A stretch of DNA of 32,000 nucleotides. Source: Bacillus subtilis subsp. subtilis str. 168. GTDB lineage: Bacteria; Bacillota; Bacilli; Bacillales; Bacillaceae. Every line of letters begins with the position of its first letter. The first letter of the stretch is position 1. The notes under the pieces are model-generated. The model had not been told where the DNA came from, ran no database searches, and saw only the letters and a list, made by a program, of their open reading frames with translations. Of this stretch, positions 7,592-19,817 are shown piece by piece. The stretch is taken from positions 4,183,607-4,215,606 of the forward strand of contig NC_000964.3 in NCBI RefSeq assembly GCF_000009045.1, in the 5' to 3' direction. A program made the position numbers and the translations under genes.

Positions 7592-9661
7592 ATGCCAAAC
7601 AAAAGTAAACCCAATAGATTAATCAATGAGAAATCACCATATTTACTCCAACACGCCCACAACCCTGTGGACTGGTTCCCGTGGGGAGAAGAAGCTTTTG
7701 AAAAAGCAAAACGCGAAAACAAGCCGGTTCTGGTCAGCATCGGTTATTCGACTTGTCATTGGTGCCACGTGATGGCCCACGAAAGCTTTGAAGACGAAGA
7801 AATCGCGCGTCTTCTCAATGAACGGTTTGTGGCGATTAAAGTCGACCGGGAAGAGCGGCCTGATGTGGATTCTGTTTATATGAGAATCTGCCAGCTGATG
7901 ACCGGGCAGGGCGGCTGGCCGCTGAATGTGTTTATCACGCCTGATCAAAAGCCGTTTTACGCGGGTACATATTTTCCAAAGACGAGCAAATTCAATCGTC
8001 CCGGTTTTGTTGATGTGCTTGAGCATCTGTCTGAGACGTTTGCGAACGACCGCGAGCATGTCGAGGATATTGCGGAGAACGCCGCTAAACATTTGCAGAC
8101 CAAAACAGCTGCAAAAACTGGTGAGGGCCTTAGCGAATCAGCGATTCACCGGACATTCCAGCAGCTTGCCAGCGGGTTTGACACGATCTACGGCGGTTTC
8201 GGGCAGGCACCGAAATTTCCAATGCCTCATATGCTGATGTATTTGCTACGTTATGATCACAATACAGGGCAGGAGAACGCTCTATACAACGTGACGAAAA
8301 CATTGGACAGCATGGCGAATGGCGGCATTTACGATCATATCGGCTATGGGTTCGCCCGCTATTCGACCGATGACGAGTGGCTCGTTCCCCACTTTGAAAA
8401 AATGCTGTACGACAATGCGCTGCTGCTGACCGCTTATACAGAAGCCTATCAGGTCACGCAAAACAGCCGCTATAAAGAGATTTGTGAGCAGATCATTACG
8501 TTCATTCAGAGGGAAATGACTCATGAAGACGGAAGCTTTTTCTCGGCTTTGGACGCGGACACAGAAGGAGAAGAAGGAAAGTACTACGTGTGGTCAAAGG
8601 AAGAGATTCTAAAAACGCTCGGGGACGATCTCGGAACGCTGTATTGCCAAGTGTATGACATCACTGAAGAAGGAAACTTTGAAGGCAAAAATATTCCTAA
8701 CCTCATTCACACAAAGCGAGAACAAATCAAAGAGGATGCCGGGTTAACCGAAAAAGAGCTCAGTCTCAAACTCGAAGACGCAAGACAGCAGCTCTTGAAG
8801 ACACGCGAGGAAAGAACCTATCCGCATGTCGATGATAAAGTGCTTACCTCATGGAACGCGCTGATGATCGCGGGTCTTGCGAAAGCGGCAAAGGTATACC
8901 AGGAGCCGAAATATCTCAGCCTAGCGAAAGACGCCATCACATTTATTGAAAACAAATTAATCATCGACGGCCGTGTGATGGTCCGATATCGTGATGGCGA
9001 AGTGAAAAACAAAGGCTTTATCGACGATTACGCTTTTCTCCTATGGGCTTATCTGGATCTCTATGAAGCTTCGTTTGATCTTTCTTATTTACAAAAAGCG
9101 AAGAAACTGACAGACGATATGATCAGCTTATTTTGGGATGAGGAGCATGGCGGATTCTACTTCACCGGACACGATGCAGAAGCCTTAATCGTACGGGAAA
9201 AAGAAGTGTACGACGGCGCCGTGCCTTCAGGAAACAGTGTGGCAGCTGTTCAGCTGCTGCGTCTCGGGCAAGTCACAGGCGACTTATCACTGATCGAAAA
9301 AGCGGAAACAATGTTTTCCGTGTTCAAGCCAGACATAGAAGCGTATCCGAGCGGCCATGCTTTCTTTATGCAAAGTGTGTTAAGGCATCTGATGCCTAAA
9401 AAAGAAATCGTGATTTTTGGCAGCGCAGACGATCCAGCCAGAAAACAAATTATAGCGGAGCTTCAAAAAGCCTTTAAGCCCAACGACTCCATTCTGGTGG
9501 CAGAGCAGCCCGAGCAATGCAAAGACATTGCGCCATTTGCAGCAGACTACCGCATCATAGACGGCAAAACAACCGTTTATATTTGTGAAAACTTCGCCTG
9601 CCAGCAACCGACAACAAATATTGAAGAAGCGATCCACACATTAATAAGCAGCAGGGATTAA
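7592..9661 (+). CDS. yyaL: Full-length YyaL: DUF255/thioredoxin-like N-terminal domain plus glycan epimerase-like (alpha/alpha)6 domain
   Basis: 689 aa ORF; [73 protein letters not shown]. Confidence 0.95.
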
Positions 9662-10557
9662 GACCCTTGCTGCTTACTTTTTGATTTCTTATGGTACCAT
9701 AAAGCGATCCCCGCAAACACAAGGTTGACCGCTATCGTAAAGAAAGCCTCCCACATCGGGTTCCCCCGCGTAACGGTAAACAGAGAAGGAATTCCTCCAT
9801 ACACACTGTTTTTTTCTGTAATAAACATACACAAAAACATATTATTCGCGGCATGGGCGCCAAGTGATATTTCGATGCTCCCAGTTTTAATCGTGTAATA
9901 CGTCCACACAAACCCAAATGTTAAGTACTCAATTCCTGCCCAGACAGCGCCATTGTTCATTTCTGGATTCGCAAAATGCAATACGCCAAACAATCCTCCG
10001 ACAATCAGTGTCAAAAATAGAGGATTTTTCGTCAATCTCCCGAAAGCTTGAAGCAAAAATCCCCTGAAAAATAGTTCCTCAGCTGATGTCTGAATCGGAA
10101 CCAAAATGAGGGCAGCCGCTAGCAGCCAGATAAATCGTGATGCATTAAACTCTTGCATTGAATAGCTATCAGGATGAATCACAAAATCAATCAATTGTAC
10201 GGCGATCATTAGCAAGAAATAAGCAATAAAACCAAAGGAAATTCTCCGCCAATTCATCTTTGAATTTGGTGTTATCACCGTTCGGAAAGGCCGCTTCAAA
10301 ATAAAGCGCACAGCCAGCCAAACTCCCGGAATGGCGAATAAATAAATCACATGGGACAAATAAAGATCTACGAGGGGATCACTCAGCACAGCTTCATCCA
10401 AATCAAACGTGATATTGGGATTCACAATAACCGTGAACAATATAGCGAAAAGGTAAGCTATATTCCCTAATACATATAACCCTACCATCACCAAAAAAGC
10501 GAAAAAATATCTCCACAACGTATTGTTTCCTTCTATAGGACGGATAAATGAATTCAT
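9658..10557 (-). CDS. yyaK: CPBP family intramembrane protease/immunity-like protein
   Basis: ORF 9658..10581; motifs [17 protein letters not shown] and GVLHFANPE. Confidence 0.88.
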
Positions 10558-10782
10558 TCCTTCTATGTCTCTTCCTTTCAATGAGAATATTACTATATAT
10601 TTGCATAAATTGGTCTATGAATCTACTGTTTTGGAAATCTTTTAAGCAAAATTAAAATATAAAGTGTGAATTTAGTTCTTCCATCTAGTGATTTGAACTC
10701 TGTTGCCAATGAACCAAGATACTTATAATAGTCCCAAGAGGGGAATTTTCAGTCTTTTCTACTACTCAAAAGGGGGTTTTTT

Positions 10783-12138
10783 ATGAATACGATCTTCAAA
10801 CAAAAGAATACACATCCTTTCTCAAACGCAGCGAATCGTTTAGACCGCCTTCCGATTTCACGCGTTCATTTCCAAGTGTTAACCGCTCTCGGCATTGTTT
10901 ATTTCTTTGATCTCGCAGATTTATTTACCCTCAGCAACGTAGCGCCGGCACTGATCGAGCATTGGGGCATCCCGCTTTCAACTATTGCTAACGTAACGGC
11001 CGCTTCGTTTTTAGGCATGTTTTTAGGCGCTTCACTGGGCGGACGGCTGTCCGATCGAATCGGCCGCAAAAAAGCCTTAAATCTATTTGTCTTTGTTTTC
11101 TCAATCGCATCGCTATGCAATGCTGCGGCATGGGACATTCCATCTTTAATGACATTCCGTTTCCTCACCGGATTTGGCGTTGCAGCCGCCATGGTCATTA
11201 CGAATAGCTATTTGGCGGAATTTTTCCCTTCAAGTGTACGTGGAAAATATATTTCTTTTTGTGCCATGATTGGATTGATTGGGGTTCCGATCACCAACAT
11301 TGTGTCTGCCTTTGTCATTCCTCTTGGTTCATGGGGATGGAGGCTAGTATTTGTATGGGGTGCCGTCGGCCTTATTTATTTTTTCTTCATCCACCGTCTG
11401 GAAGAGTCACCTCGCTGGCACGAAAATCGCGGGGAATATGCGAAAGCCGATGCGATCCTCACCCGAATTGAAGAACAGGTTGAAAAGGAGAAAGGCCCGC
11501 TTCCGGCAGCATCCCAGCCTAAAGTAAGCGAAACTGTTAAGCAGAATGCAGGTTACGCAGGCTTATTGAAAGGCAGAAACCTCAAAATTACCATCGTATT
11601 ATCTGCTGTATGGATTTTTGAAACGTTTGGGTTTTACGGATTTGCTTCATGGGTTCCAAGCCTGCTAAAAAGCAATGGCGTAACCATGGAAAATACATTA
11701 TGGTATAACGTATTGCATTCCGTCGGCGCTCCACTTGGCGCACTGCTCGGCTCCATGATTTCCGAAAGATTTCAAAGAAAATGGATTTTAGCTGCGAGTG
11801 CGTTTCTGACGGCCATCGCCGGGCTCTTATATGGTATGACTTTTATTCCCATCATGATCATTGTATTTGGTTTTATCGTGAATATCACAGAACGGGTCTT
11901 TACCTCGAACTTATACGCCTATACATCTGAACCTTATCCGACTGAATACCGCTCGTCTGGCAGCGGTTTAGCCTATGGTCTTGGCCGTTTTTCAAACATT
12001 TTTGGCTCATTGCTTGTCGGATTTATTGCCGTTCAGCTCGGCTATATCAGCGTCTTCTTATTTATTGGGGGCTGTTGGCTCGCATGCTCCTTGCTGTTAA
12101 TCTTCTTCGGTCCTAATACGAATGCAAAACAGATTTAA
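10783..12138 (+). CDS. yyaJ: MFS sugar/aromatic-acid type transporter
   Basis: 451 aa ORF; LGASLGGRLSDRIGRKKALNLFVF and FFPSSVRGKYISFCAMIGLIGVPITN. Confidence 0.92.
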   Translation: MNTIFKQKNTHPFSNAANRLDRLPISRVHFQVLTALGIVYFFDLADLFTLSNVAPALIEHWGIPLSTIANVTAASFLGMFLGASLGGRLSDRIGRKKALNLFVFVFSIASLCNAAAWDIPSLMTFRFLTGFGVAAAMVITNSYLAEFFPSSVRGKYISFCAMIGLIGVPITNIVSAFVIPLGSWGWRLVFVWGAVGLIYFFFIHRLEESPRWHENRGEYAKADAILTRIEEQVEKEKGPLPAASQPKVSETVKQNAGYAGLLKGRNLKITIVLSAVWIFETFGFYGFASWVPSLLKSNGVTMENTLWYNVLHSVGAPLGALLGSMISERFQRKWILAASAFLTAIAGLLYGMTFIPIMIIVFGFIVNITERVFTSNLYAYTSEPYPTEYRSSGSGLAYGLGRFSNIFGSLLVGFIAVQLGYISVFLFIGGCWLACSLLLIFFGPNTNAKQI

Positions 12139-12143
12139 AAAAG

Positions 12144-12166
12144 TCAGTGCGGATCTGCCGCACTGA
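12144..12166. terminator. Bidirectional-type terminator hairpin TCAGTGCGG-atctg-CCGCACTGA
   Basis: 9-bp perfect stem between convergent yyaJ and maa. Confidence 0.7.
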
Positions 12167-12171
12167 TCTCA

Positions 12172-12726
12172 TTACAATTGCTTCAAAATCCTTGCGGGGT
12201 TTCCGCCTACAACAGTATTAGCGGGTACATCCTTAGTGACAACAGATCCAGAAGCAATCACTGCGTTATCACCGATTGTCACTCCCGGGTTAATCACCGC
12301 CCGGCCTCCAATCCAAACTTGATCTCCAATTGTCACAGGCTTACCGAACTCCTTCCCGGATTTCCTTTCGATCGGATCAAGAGGATGACCGGCCGTGTAG
12401 ATATGTACACCTGGCGCAATCAAACAATGACAGCCGATACGCACCTCACACACATCTAAAATGACACAGTCAAAATTAACAAATGTATGATCTCCGATAT
12501 GAATGTGATAGCCATAATCACAGCGGAATGTCGGCAAAATCGTGACTTGATCCCCAACCGAACCGAGCAGCTCCTTCAAAAGCTTCGTCCGCACTGCATC
12601 ATCTTCCGGTGTTTCGTTGTATTGTCTAATCAGCTGTCTCGCATGCTTGCGTTCTAGTAATAGTTGTTGATCTTCCGAATTGTATAATTCTCCGGCTGCC
12701 ATTTTTTCTTTTTCTGTCCTCAGCAT
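12172..12726 (-). CDS. maa: Maltose O-acetyltransferase (hexapeptide repeat)
   Basis: 184 aa ORF; [17 protein letters not shown]-type motif ([40 protein letters not shown]). Confidence 0.93.
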   Translation of the reverse strand: MLRTEKEKMAAGELYNSEDQQLLLERKHARQLIRQYNETPEDDAVRTKLLKELLGSVGDQVTILPTFRCDYGYHIHIGDHTFVNFDCVILDVCEVRIGCHCLIAPGVHIYTAGHPLDPIERKSGKEFGKPVTIGDQVWIGGRAVINPGVTIGDNAVIASGSVVTKDVPANTVVGGNPARILKQL

Positions 12727-12743
12727 TTAAGTCACTCCAGATG

Positions 12744-13124
12744 TCAGATTGTAATCTCGATCAAATTTCCTTCATCATCCTCAATCACGCTTTCATAGTA
12801 GCCGTCTCCTGTTGTCCTCGGGCCGTTTACTACTGCGAAACCATCCGCCTTCAATCGATCAGTCAGTTCGTCAACTTTCTCCCGGCTCCCAACGGAAAAG
12901 GCAATATGTGCCCAGCCTGTCATTGTTTGTGAGGGCGGATCGGTCACATTCCCTTTTTTCATAATTTCCAGCCTTGCTCCGGAATCAAACGTAATAAAAT
13001 AAGACTTAAAATCTTTTTTCTCATTATGATACAAATCATTCGCTTCGCCATTAAAATACGATTCATAAAAAGACTTCATTCGCTCTAAATCATTGACCCA
13101 GACCGCTGTATGTTCAATCTGCAT
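12744..13124 (-). CDS. yyaH: Glyoxalase/VOC family protein
   Basis: Internal start [34 protein letters not shown] within ORF 12744..13271, preceded by an RBS-like GGAGGAGGAA. Confidence 0.9.
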
Positions 13125-13179
13125 TTCTTCCTCCTCCTTCGCCTTCAATGAAGTTATAAGGTATGAAATGCATTTCAGT

Positions 13180-14115
13180 TCAAGCTTTTTTCTTAAATTT
13201 ATGCTGAATTTTGATATCAGCGGGTTCATCCTGCAAAAATAGAGAAAATGCTGCGATGCCGAGCTGCTCAAGATTCAAATCAAGCGACGGAAAACCAAGA
13301 ACACGGCTGATAGAAGTATTTCCCTCGCCTATGATTTCAACATCCCAATTATTCTTTTTGGCAAATAGATGAATTCCAGCTGCCACTTCATCACTATTTG
13401 CATAAATAGCAGTCGGAACCCGCCCGCTCATATAAAAATGTTCAGCTGCCAGCTCACCATCATTCATATCGTTGCATCCGGACAGCATATGGCGGTCTTC
13501 CAACCTTCCGCAGACAGCTTTATAGGCCGCAGCTTTATCAGCCGTGCTCGGGCTCCTATCAGCTTCTCTGACACACGTAAAAGCAATATTCTCATGCCCG
13601 CGGCTCTTTAAATAGCGAAAGCTCTCTGCATAAGCAGTTTTTCTGTCATTAAAAGCACAAGGGACATCAATGTCTCCGGTATCCTCACAAGCGATGACCG
13701 GCCCATATTCCTGATAAGCTAAAATGCTGTCCCAATGATTGGCGCGGGAAGTAATGATGAGACCGTCTATTTTCTTCGTTCTTAACAGCTCTAAATATTT
13801 GATTTCAATATCGGGGTTATAATTGGTGGGGAGAAGGGTCGTTGCATACTCATGCTGAAAAGCCGCCTTGGTGATTCCGTTAACGATTTTATCAAAGCAG
13901 GGATGATCGCTATAAGGCAGAATCACACCGACCGTATGGGTTTTCCCGCGAATGAGATCGATTGCGGTTCGATTTGGTGTATAATCCAATTCCTTCATGA
14001 CTTGATGAACAAGCTTTCTCTTTTCTTCAGATACATACGGATGATGATTCAATACACGCGAGACAGTCGAAACAGATACATTTGCCAGTCTTGCGATCTC
14101 TTTTATATTTGCCAT
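13180..14115 (-). CDS. ccpB: LacI/GalR family regulator, catabolite control protein B
   Basis: Start at [33 protein letters not shown] inside ORF 13180..14385; 311 aa. Confidence 0.94.
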
Positions 14116-14173
14116 CTCTTTCTCCTTTTCATATAAAAAAAGCAGTAAGTGTAAAATCCTTACTGCTATCTCA

Positions 14174-14932
14174 TCATATATTGATGATAAGTTCAACAGG
14201 ACAATGGTCGGAACCCATGACGTCCGCTGATATGCTGGCATCTTCAATCTGTTCCTTAAGGCTTTCAGAAACAACAAAATAATCAATCCGCCATCCAATA
14301 TTTCTGTCCCGGGCGCCGGCACGATACGACCACCAGGAATAAGCGCCTTCAAGATCAGGATAAACATGACGAAAAGAATCAACAAAGCCAGCTTCTAAGA
14401 AACGAGTGAATGCCTCTCTTTCTTGATCTGAAAATCCAGCGTTATTCCGGTTCGCCTTTGGATTTTTCAAGTCAATCTCCTGATGGGCTACATTCAAATC
14501 ACCGCATAAAATCACTGGTTTTTTCTGATCCAATTCAAGAATATAAGACAGTAAAGCCTCTTCCCATTGCATGCGGTAATCAATCCGCTCTAATCCCCTT
14601 CTGGAATTGGGCGTGTAAACAGTCATCACAAACACGTTTTCAAATTCCAGCGTAATCACTCTGCCTTCTTGGTCATGCTCTTCTACTCCGATACCGTAGA
14701 TGACCTGCAGCGGTTCTTGCTTAGAAAAAACAGCTGTGCCGGAATATCCTTTTTTCACTGCATAATTCCAGTACACATGATAGTCTTCAGGCTGGAGATC
14801 AACCTGGCCGTCCTGTATCTTCGTTTCCTGAAGACATATAATATCTGCATCCTCTTCTTTCAAATAAGAGAGGAAATCCATTTTTCTCATCACAGCCCGC
14901 AGGCCGTTTACATTCCATGAAATCAACTTCAT
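14174..14932 (-). CDS. exoA: Exodeoxyribonuclease III / AP endonuclease
   Basis: [40 protein letters not shown]...DYFVVSESL...[10 protein letters not shown]. Confidence 0.97.
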   Translation of the reverse strand: MKLISWNVNGLRAVMRKMDFLSYLKEEDADIICLQETKIQDGQVDLQPEDYHVYWNYAVKKGYSGTAVFSKQEPLQVIYGIGVEEHDQEGRVITLEFENVFVMTVYTPNSRRGLERIDYRMQWEEALLSYILELDQKKPVILCGDLNVAHQEIDLKNPKANRNNAGFSDQEREAFTRFLEAGFVDSFRHVYPDLEGAYSWWSYRAGARDRNIGWRIDYFVVSESLKEQIEDASISADVMGSDHCPVELIINI

Positions 14933-14955
14933 GTTTCATCCTCCCCCCTATAAAA

Positions 14956-14985
14956 AAGAGCAAGAACCCGAAGGTCCTTGCTCTT
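14956..14985 (-). terminator. Terminator of the rpsF-ssbA-rpsR operon
   Basis: Minus-strand AAGAGCAAGGACC-TTCG-GGTTCTTGCTCTT followed by TTTT. Confidence 0.9.
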
Positions 14986-14996
14986 TACATATCAGC

Positions 14997-15263
<267 letters not shown>

Positions 15264-15279
15264 TTAGGCGATAATCACA

Positions 15280-15798
15280 TTAGAATGGAAGATCATCATC
15301 CGAGATGTCAATCGGTTTGCCGTCGTTGGCAAATGGGTCATCATTAAAGCTGTTCCCCTGATTGCGTCTCTGGTTGTTTTGATTTCCCCCAAATGGATTA
15401 TCATTTTGGCCTCCGCCAAAGTACTGGCCTCCGCCGCTGTTTCCTTCGTTGTATCCACCTGAACCAGAACCGCCGCCGTTTTTCGGCTCAAGAAATTGAA
15501 CACTTTCAGCTTGGACCTCTGTCACGAAGACACGCTGTCCTTGCTGGTTTTCATAGTTTCTTGTTTGTAAACGGCCATCTACGCCTGCAAGGCTTCCTTT
15601 TTTCAAGAAGTTTGCAACGTTTTCGGCTTGTCTTCTCCAAGTGACACAATTAATGAAATCGGCCTCACGTTCTCCGGACTGGTTCGTAAATGTACGATTC
15701 ACAGCAAGAGTAAACGTAGCAACAGCCGCACCGTTTGGCGTATAACGAAGCTCTGGGTCTTTTGTCAGTCTTCCGACTAATACAACTCGGTTAAGCAT
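15280..15798 (-). CDS. ssbA: Single-stranded DNA-binding protein
   Basis: [35 protein letters not shown]..., acidic tail DISDDDLPF. Confidence 0.97.
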   Translation of the reverse strand: MLNRVVLVGRLTKDPELRYTPNGAAVATFTLAVNRTFTNQSGEREADFINCVTWRRQAENVANFLKKGSLAGVDGRLQTRNYENQQGQRVFVTEVQAESVQFLEPKNGGGSGSGGYNEGNSGGGQYFGGGQNDNPFGGNQNNQRRNQGNSFNDDPFANDGKPIDISDDDLPF

Positions 15799-15838
15799 AA
15801 GAAAGACCACCTTTTACCATTATATATTTCAAAATTGC

Positions 15839-16180
<342 letters not shown>

Positions 16181-16236
16181 TCTATTACTCACAATTTTAT
16201 ATTATACCAAAGCTCTTGTCCCTTTACAACTGCATC

Positions 16237-17337
16237 CTATACATTAAATCGGAAATGAATAACATCTCCGTCTTGGACCACATATTCTTTCCCTTCAAGG
16301 CGGACTTTTCCTGCCTCTTTAGCTCCTGCCATACCGCCGCCCGCAAGAAGATCCTCATAAGCAACTGTCTCAGCACGAATGAAGCCCCGCTCAAAGTCAC
16401 TATGAATAATTCCTGCACACTCAGGGGCTTTCATGCCTTTTTTGAATGTCCAAGCTCTGACTTCCTGTTCTCCGGCTGTGAAATATGTTGCGAGGCCGAG
16501 AAGAGAGTAAGACGCTTTGATCAGCTGATCAAGACCTGATTCTTGAATGCCCAGCTCTTCCAAGAACATTTGCTTTTCTTCGCCTTCAAGCTCAGCGATT
16601 TCAGATTCGATTTTTGCACACACAACGATAACTTCTGCGTTTTCGCCGGCAGCGTACTCGCGAATCTTCGCTACATTTTCATTGCCAGATGGATCAGCAA
16701 CTTCATCTTCACTTACGTTGGCCACGTACAAAATAGGCTTCGAAGTCAGTAAATGGAGCTGCTTCACAAGCTTTTGCTGCTCTTCAGTGAATTCTACAGA
16801 TCGAGCAGGCTTTTCACTCTCAAACGCTTCTTTCAGTTTAGATAAAATCTCAAACTCAAATACAGCGTCTTTATCTTTTTGCTTCGCAAGCTTGCTGACG
16901 CGTGTAATCCGCTTTTCAACTGTTTCCATATCAGCGAGGATCAGCTCAAGGTTGATCGTTTCAATGTCATCAATCGGATCAACCTTTCCGGAAACGTGTG
17001 TAATGTTGTCATCGGAAAAAGCACGGACAACGTGGCAAATCGCGTCAACTTGGCGAATATGAGATAGGAACTTGTTGCCGAGTCCTTCTCCTTTAGATGC
17101 GCCCTTTACAATCCCTGCAATATCAGTGAATTCAAAAGCAGTCGGCACAGTCTTCTTCGGGTTGACCAGCTCAGTCAGCTTTTGCAGACGATCATCCGGC
17201 ACCTCTACAATTCCCACGTTCGGATCAATTGTACAGAACGGGTAGTTGGCTGATTCGGCACCGGCCTGTGTAATTGCGTTAAATAGTGTTGATTTTCCGA
17301 CGTTCGGCAAACCAACAATTCCAGCTGTTAAAGCCAT
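16237..17337 (-). CDS. ychF (engD, yyaF): Ribosome-binding ATPase YchF/EngD
   Basis: Internal start [42 protein letters not shown]; 366 aa. Confidence 0.96.
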   Translation of the reverse strand: MALTAGIVGLPNVGKSTLFNAITQAGAESANYPFCTIDPNVGIVEVPDDRLQKLTELVNPKKTVPTAFEFTDIAGIVKGASKGEGLGNKFLSHIRQVDAICHVVRAFSDDNITHVSGKVDPIDDIETINLELILADMETVEKRITRVSKLAKQKDKDAVFEFEILSKLKEAFESEKPARSVEFTEEQQKLVKQLHLLTSKPILYVANVSEDEVADPSGNENVAKIREYAAGENAEVIVVCAKIESEIAELEGEEKQMFLEELGIQESGLDQLIKASYSLLGLATYFTAGEQEVRAWTFKKGMKAPECAGIIHSDFERGFIRAETVAYEDLLAGGGMAGAKEAGKVRLEGKEYVVQDGDVIHFRFNV

Positions 17338-17421
17338 TCTTTCATCTCCTCTATATAAAACCGTCATTGTATGAACGTATTTTGAACCTAGAGCAATTAT
17401 AAGGAGGTTCACTGGAAAAGA

Positions 17422-17450
17422 CAAGCTGACAAAAAAGCATTTTCAGCTTG
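17422..17450 (-). terminator. Possible yyaE terminator, CAAGCTGA...TCAGCTTG
   Basis: 8-bp stem, 13-nt loop, short T-run on the minus strand. Confidence 0.4.
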
Positions 17451-17463
17451 CCAATCCCTTTGA

Positions 17464-19467
17464 TTATGCTTTTTTCAAGCCTACTAAACAGTCAAAAAGC
17501 GTACTTCCCATTCCATTATCAGAATTTGTATCATTTGTCAGTGCATTGACTGACCCTCCAAAAGCCGCCCACATGCCTTCATCTATATTAATCGTCTTCG
17601 CATGAGCCTGCTTCATCACTTTCACCTTGCCCTTCATGCTTCCGCGGTCATTAAAGATGACAACTTCGTCTCCATCCTGAAGATCCTGCCCAGCCGCTAT
17701 ATCTGGAGAAATATCGACCTGAACGTGCTGAAGCTTTTCAATAAACGGCACATGCTGTGAATGATTGGAACGCTGCGGATGAATGGATAAGAGCGTATAA
17801 GGGTACTTTCCAGCTAACTCCTCATTATGGAAAACAGATTCTTCGGGCACATTTAATTGAAGCGAGCCGCTAAATCCTTTTTGCTCAGCTAGCGACGAAG
17901 TAAATTCAAATTTTCCACTCGGCGTCAAAAACTGATAATCATCCCACGGCACCTGTTTTACTGGAAGAGGGAGGTGGCCTTTTTCTTTTAAACGCTCAAG
18001 TGTCACATCCTCTGCTTCCAATGAAGAAAGCCCCATCTCTAAAAATTCTTGAGTGCTGTATTCAAACAGCTCGCCAAACCCAAGACGTTTTGCAAGCTCT
18101 GACCAGATCCAGCTGTCCGATTTCGCTTCACCCTGCGGCTCCACAAGCTTCTTCCCGTACTGAACATAATGATGATACATACTGGAATAGTAGATATCTT
18201 CTTCTTCAAAAACAGTGGCAGTCGGCAAAACATAATCACACAGCTCTGCGGTATCCGTCATAATGGAATCAATCGCGACCGTCATTGGAACCTTTTCAAA
18301 TGCTTGTCTCACCTTATTTGTATTCGGCACCTGAGTCAGCGGATTTCCGCACGTCACAATAATCATCTCAATCGCAGGATCAGCAGCGGTCAACACTTCT
18401 TCAGCCTGTGTCATCATTGAAAAAGAACGGGATGTTGTTTTTAATTCCGGCAGCGTCAGCTTTGTTTTTGCAAAGCTCTCACCAATCTGGACATTTCCGA
18501 AATTCGCGCCGCCGCCCTTAATTCCGACATTTCCGCTTGCCGCCACAAGTGCATCAATCCAACGAATCGTTCCCCCGCCGTTTTTATATCGCTGCATGCC
18601 AAGCCCCATAAAAGTAGACACCGGACCATCAGCATACAAACCTGCCAAATACTCCAGCTCCTCCATAGAAGTTTCTGTTTTCACAATAAACTCTTCCAGA
18701 GAAACGGTCTTCAAAAGCTCTTTCACATCATCAAAACCGACAGAATGCTCAGAAATAAACGTTTCATCCGTTCTTCCCATCTCAATCAGAACCTTCAAAA
18801 CGGCTGCCGCAAGCCAGCCGTCCATTCCAGGCTTTACAGAGATATAGCGGTCGGCAAGCTTAGCAGTCGGGTTGAAGATCGGATCAATCACCGTAATCGT
18901 GGCGCCCTTCTTTTTCACCTGCTGCAAGTGATGGTATAAGTGCATATTTGTTCTTGATACATTTCTTCCCCACACAACAACATGCTTGCTGTTGTAAATA
19001 TCAAGCGGTCCGTGACCGTACGAACGGCCAAAATCCCAGCTTTGCGCCTCGATACCGGAGCCCCAGCATATGCTTCCGACGATTTCGGTCACGCCGCCAT
19101 ATCCATTAAAAAAACGCTGATCAAGCGCTTTTAACAGACCGTTATTCGCATAATCATGGCTGTGCAAAACAGCAGTCGTCTCCGACGTTTCCTTGATTTC
19201 CCGAAGTTTATCGGCAATTTCATCAAGTGCCTGCTCCCAAGAAATCCGCACAAACTCGCCATTTTGTTTTTTCATTGGATAGCGAAGCCGATCAGGCGAA
19301 TTTGTTTTTGTCTCAAGCATTCTGCCGCGGCCGCAGATTTTACCTTCCGTAATCGGATGGTTTGGATCTCCGTCCACTTTTGTTACCTTTCCATCATCAA
19401 CAGTCACCAAAAAGCCGCAGCTGTCCCAACAATTCAGCGGACATGCCGACTGATGCACTTTGCTCAT
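17464..19467 (-). CDS. yyaE: Molybdopterin oxidoreductase, formate dehydrogenase alpha-like
   Basis: ORF 17464..19503 with likely start MSKVHQSACPLNCWDSCGFLVTVDDGKVTKVDGDPNHPITEGKICGRGRM, the 4Fe-4S cysteine pattern. Confidence 0.92.
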   Translation of the reverse strand: MSKVHQSACPLNCWDSCGFLVTVDDGKVTKVDGDPNHPITEGKICGRGRMLETKTNSPDRLRYPMKKQNGEFVRISWEQALDEIADKLREIKETSETTAVLHSHDYANNGLLKALDQRFFNGYGGVTEIVGSICWGSGIEAQSWDFGRSYGHGPLDIYNSKHVVVWGRNVSRTNMHLYHHLQQVKKKGATITVIDPIFNPTAKLADRYISVKPGMDGWLAAAVLKVLIEMGRTDETFISEHSVGFDDVKELLKTVSLEEFIVKTETSMEELEYLAGLYADGPVSTFMGLGMQRYKNGGGTIRWIDALVAASGNVGIKGGGANFGNVQIGESFAKTKLTLPELKTTSRSFSMMTQAEEVLTAADPAIEMIIVTCGNPLTQVPNTNKVRQAFEKVPMTVAIDSIMTDTAELCDYVLPTATVFEEEDIYYSSMYHHYVQYGKKLVEPQGEAKSDSWIWSELAKRLGFGELFEYSTQEFLEMGLSSLEAEDVTLERLKEKGHLPLPVKQVPWDDYQFLTPSGKFEFTSSLAEQKGFSGSLQLNVPEESVFHNEELAGKYPYTLLSIHPQRSNHSQHVPFIEKLQHVQVDISPDIAAGQDLQDGDEVVIFNDRGSMKGKVKVMKQAHAKTINIDEGMWAAFGGSVNALTNDTNSDNGMGSTLFDCLVGLKKA

Positions 19468-19517
19468 CGCCGTCTTCTCCTTACCTTCTATATGAAAAAG
19501 CATGAGTGTCGGCCTAT

Positions 19518-19724
19518 TTATGAAGTAGGCTCCTCATGCTTGACTAGTACTTTTTTTAGTTTTCTTTCAAATTCTCTTCTCGGAATCATAACACTGTGAG
19601 AGCATCCCTCACACTTAATTCGAATATCCATTCCCATGCGTATAATTTTCCAGCTGTTCGCTCCGCATGGATGCGGTTTTTTCATTTCTACGATATCATT
19701 CAGGCCAAAGTCTTTATCCGCCAA
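19518..19724 (-). CDS. yyzM: DUF951 family small protein
   Basis: 68 aa ORF MADKDFGLNDIVEMKKPHPCGANSWKIIRMGMDIRIKCEGCSHSVMIPRREFERKLKKVL. Confidence 0.88.
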   Translation of the reverse strand: MADKDFGLNDIVEMKKPHPCGANSWKIIRMGMDIRIKCEGCSHSVMIPRREFERKLKKVLVKHEEPTS

Positions 19725-19817
19725 GACCCTTCACCTCTTTTCCTAAACTGCTGTATCTATTGTACAAAAAAACTGATCATAAGAGCAATCAAGATACCCG
19801 AAAAGAAATACATCCTC

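Noticed and set aside
9658-10557. yyaK CPBP protein as part of a bacteriocin or abortive-infection system
   Set aside because: No adjacent precursor peptide or toxin partner; standard position next to yyaL and yyaJ in the B. subtilis-like order.
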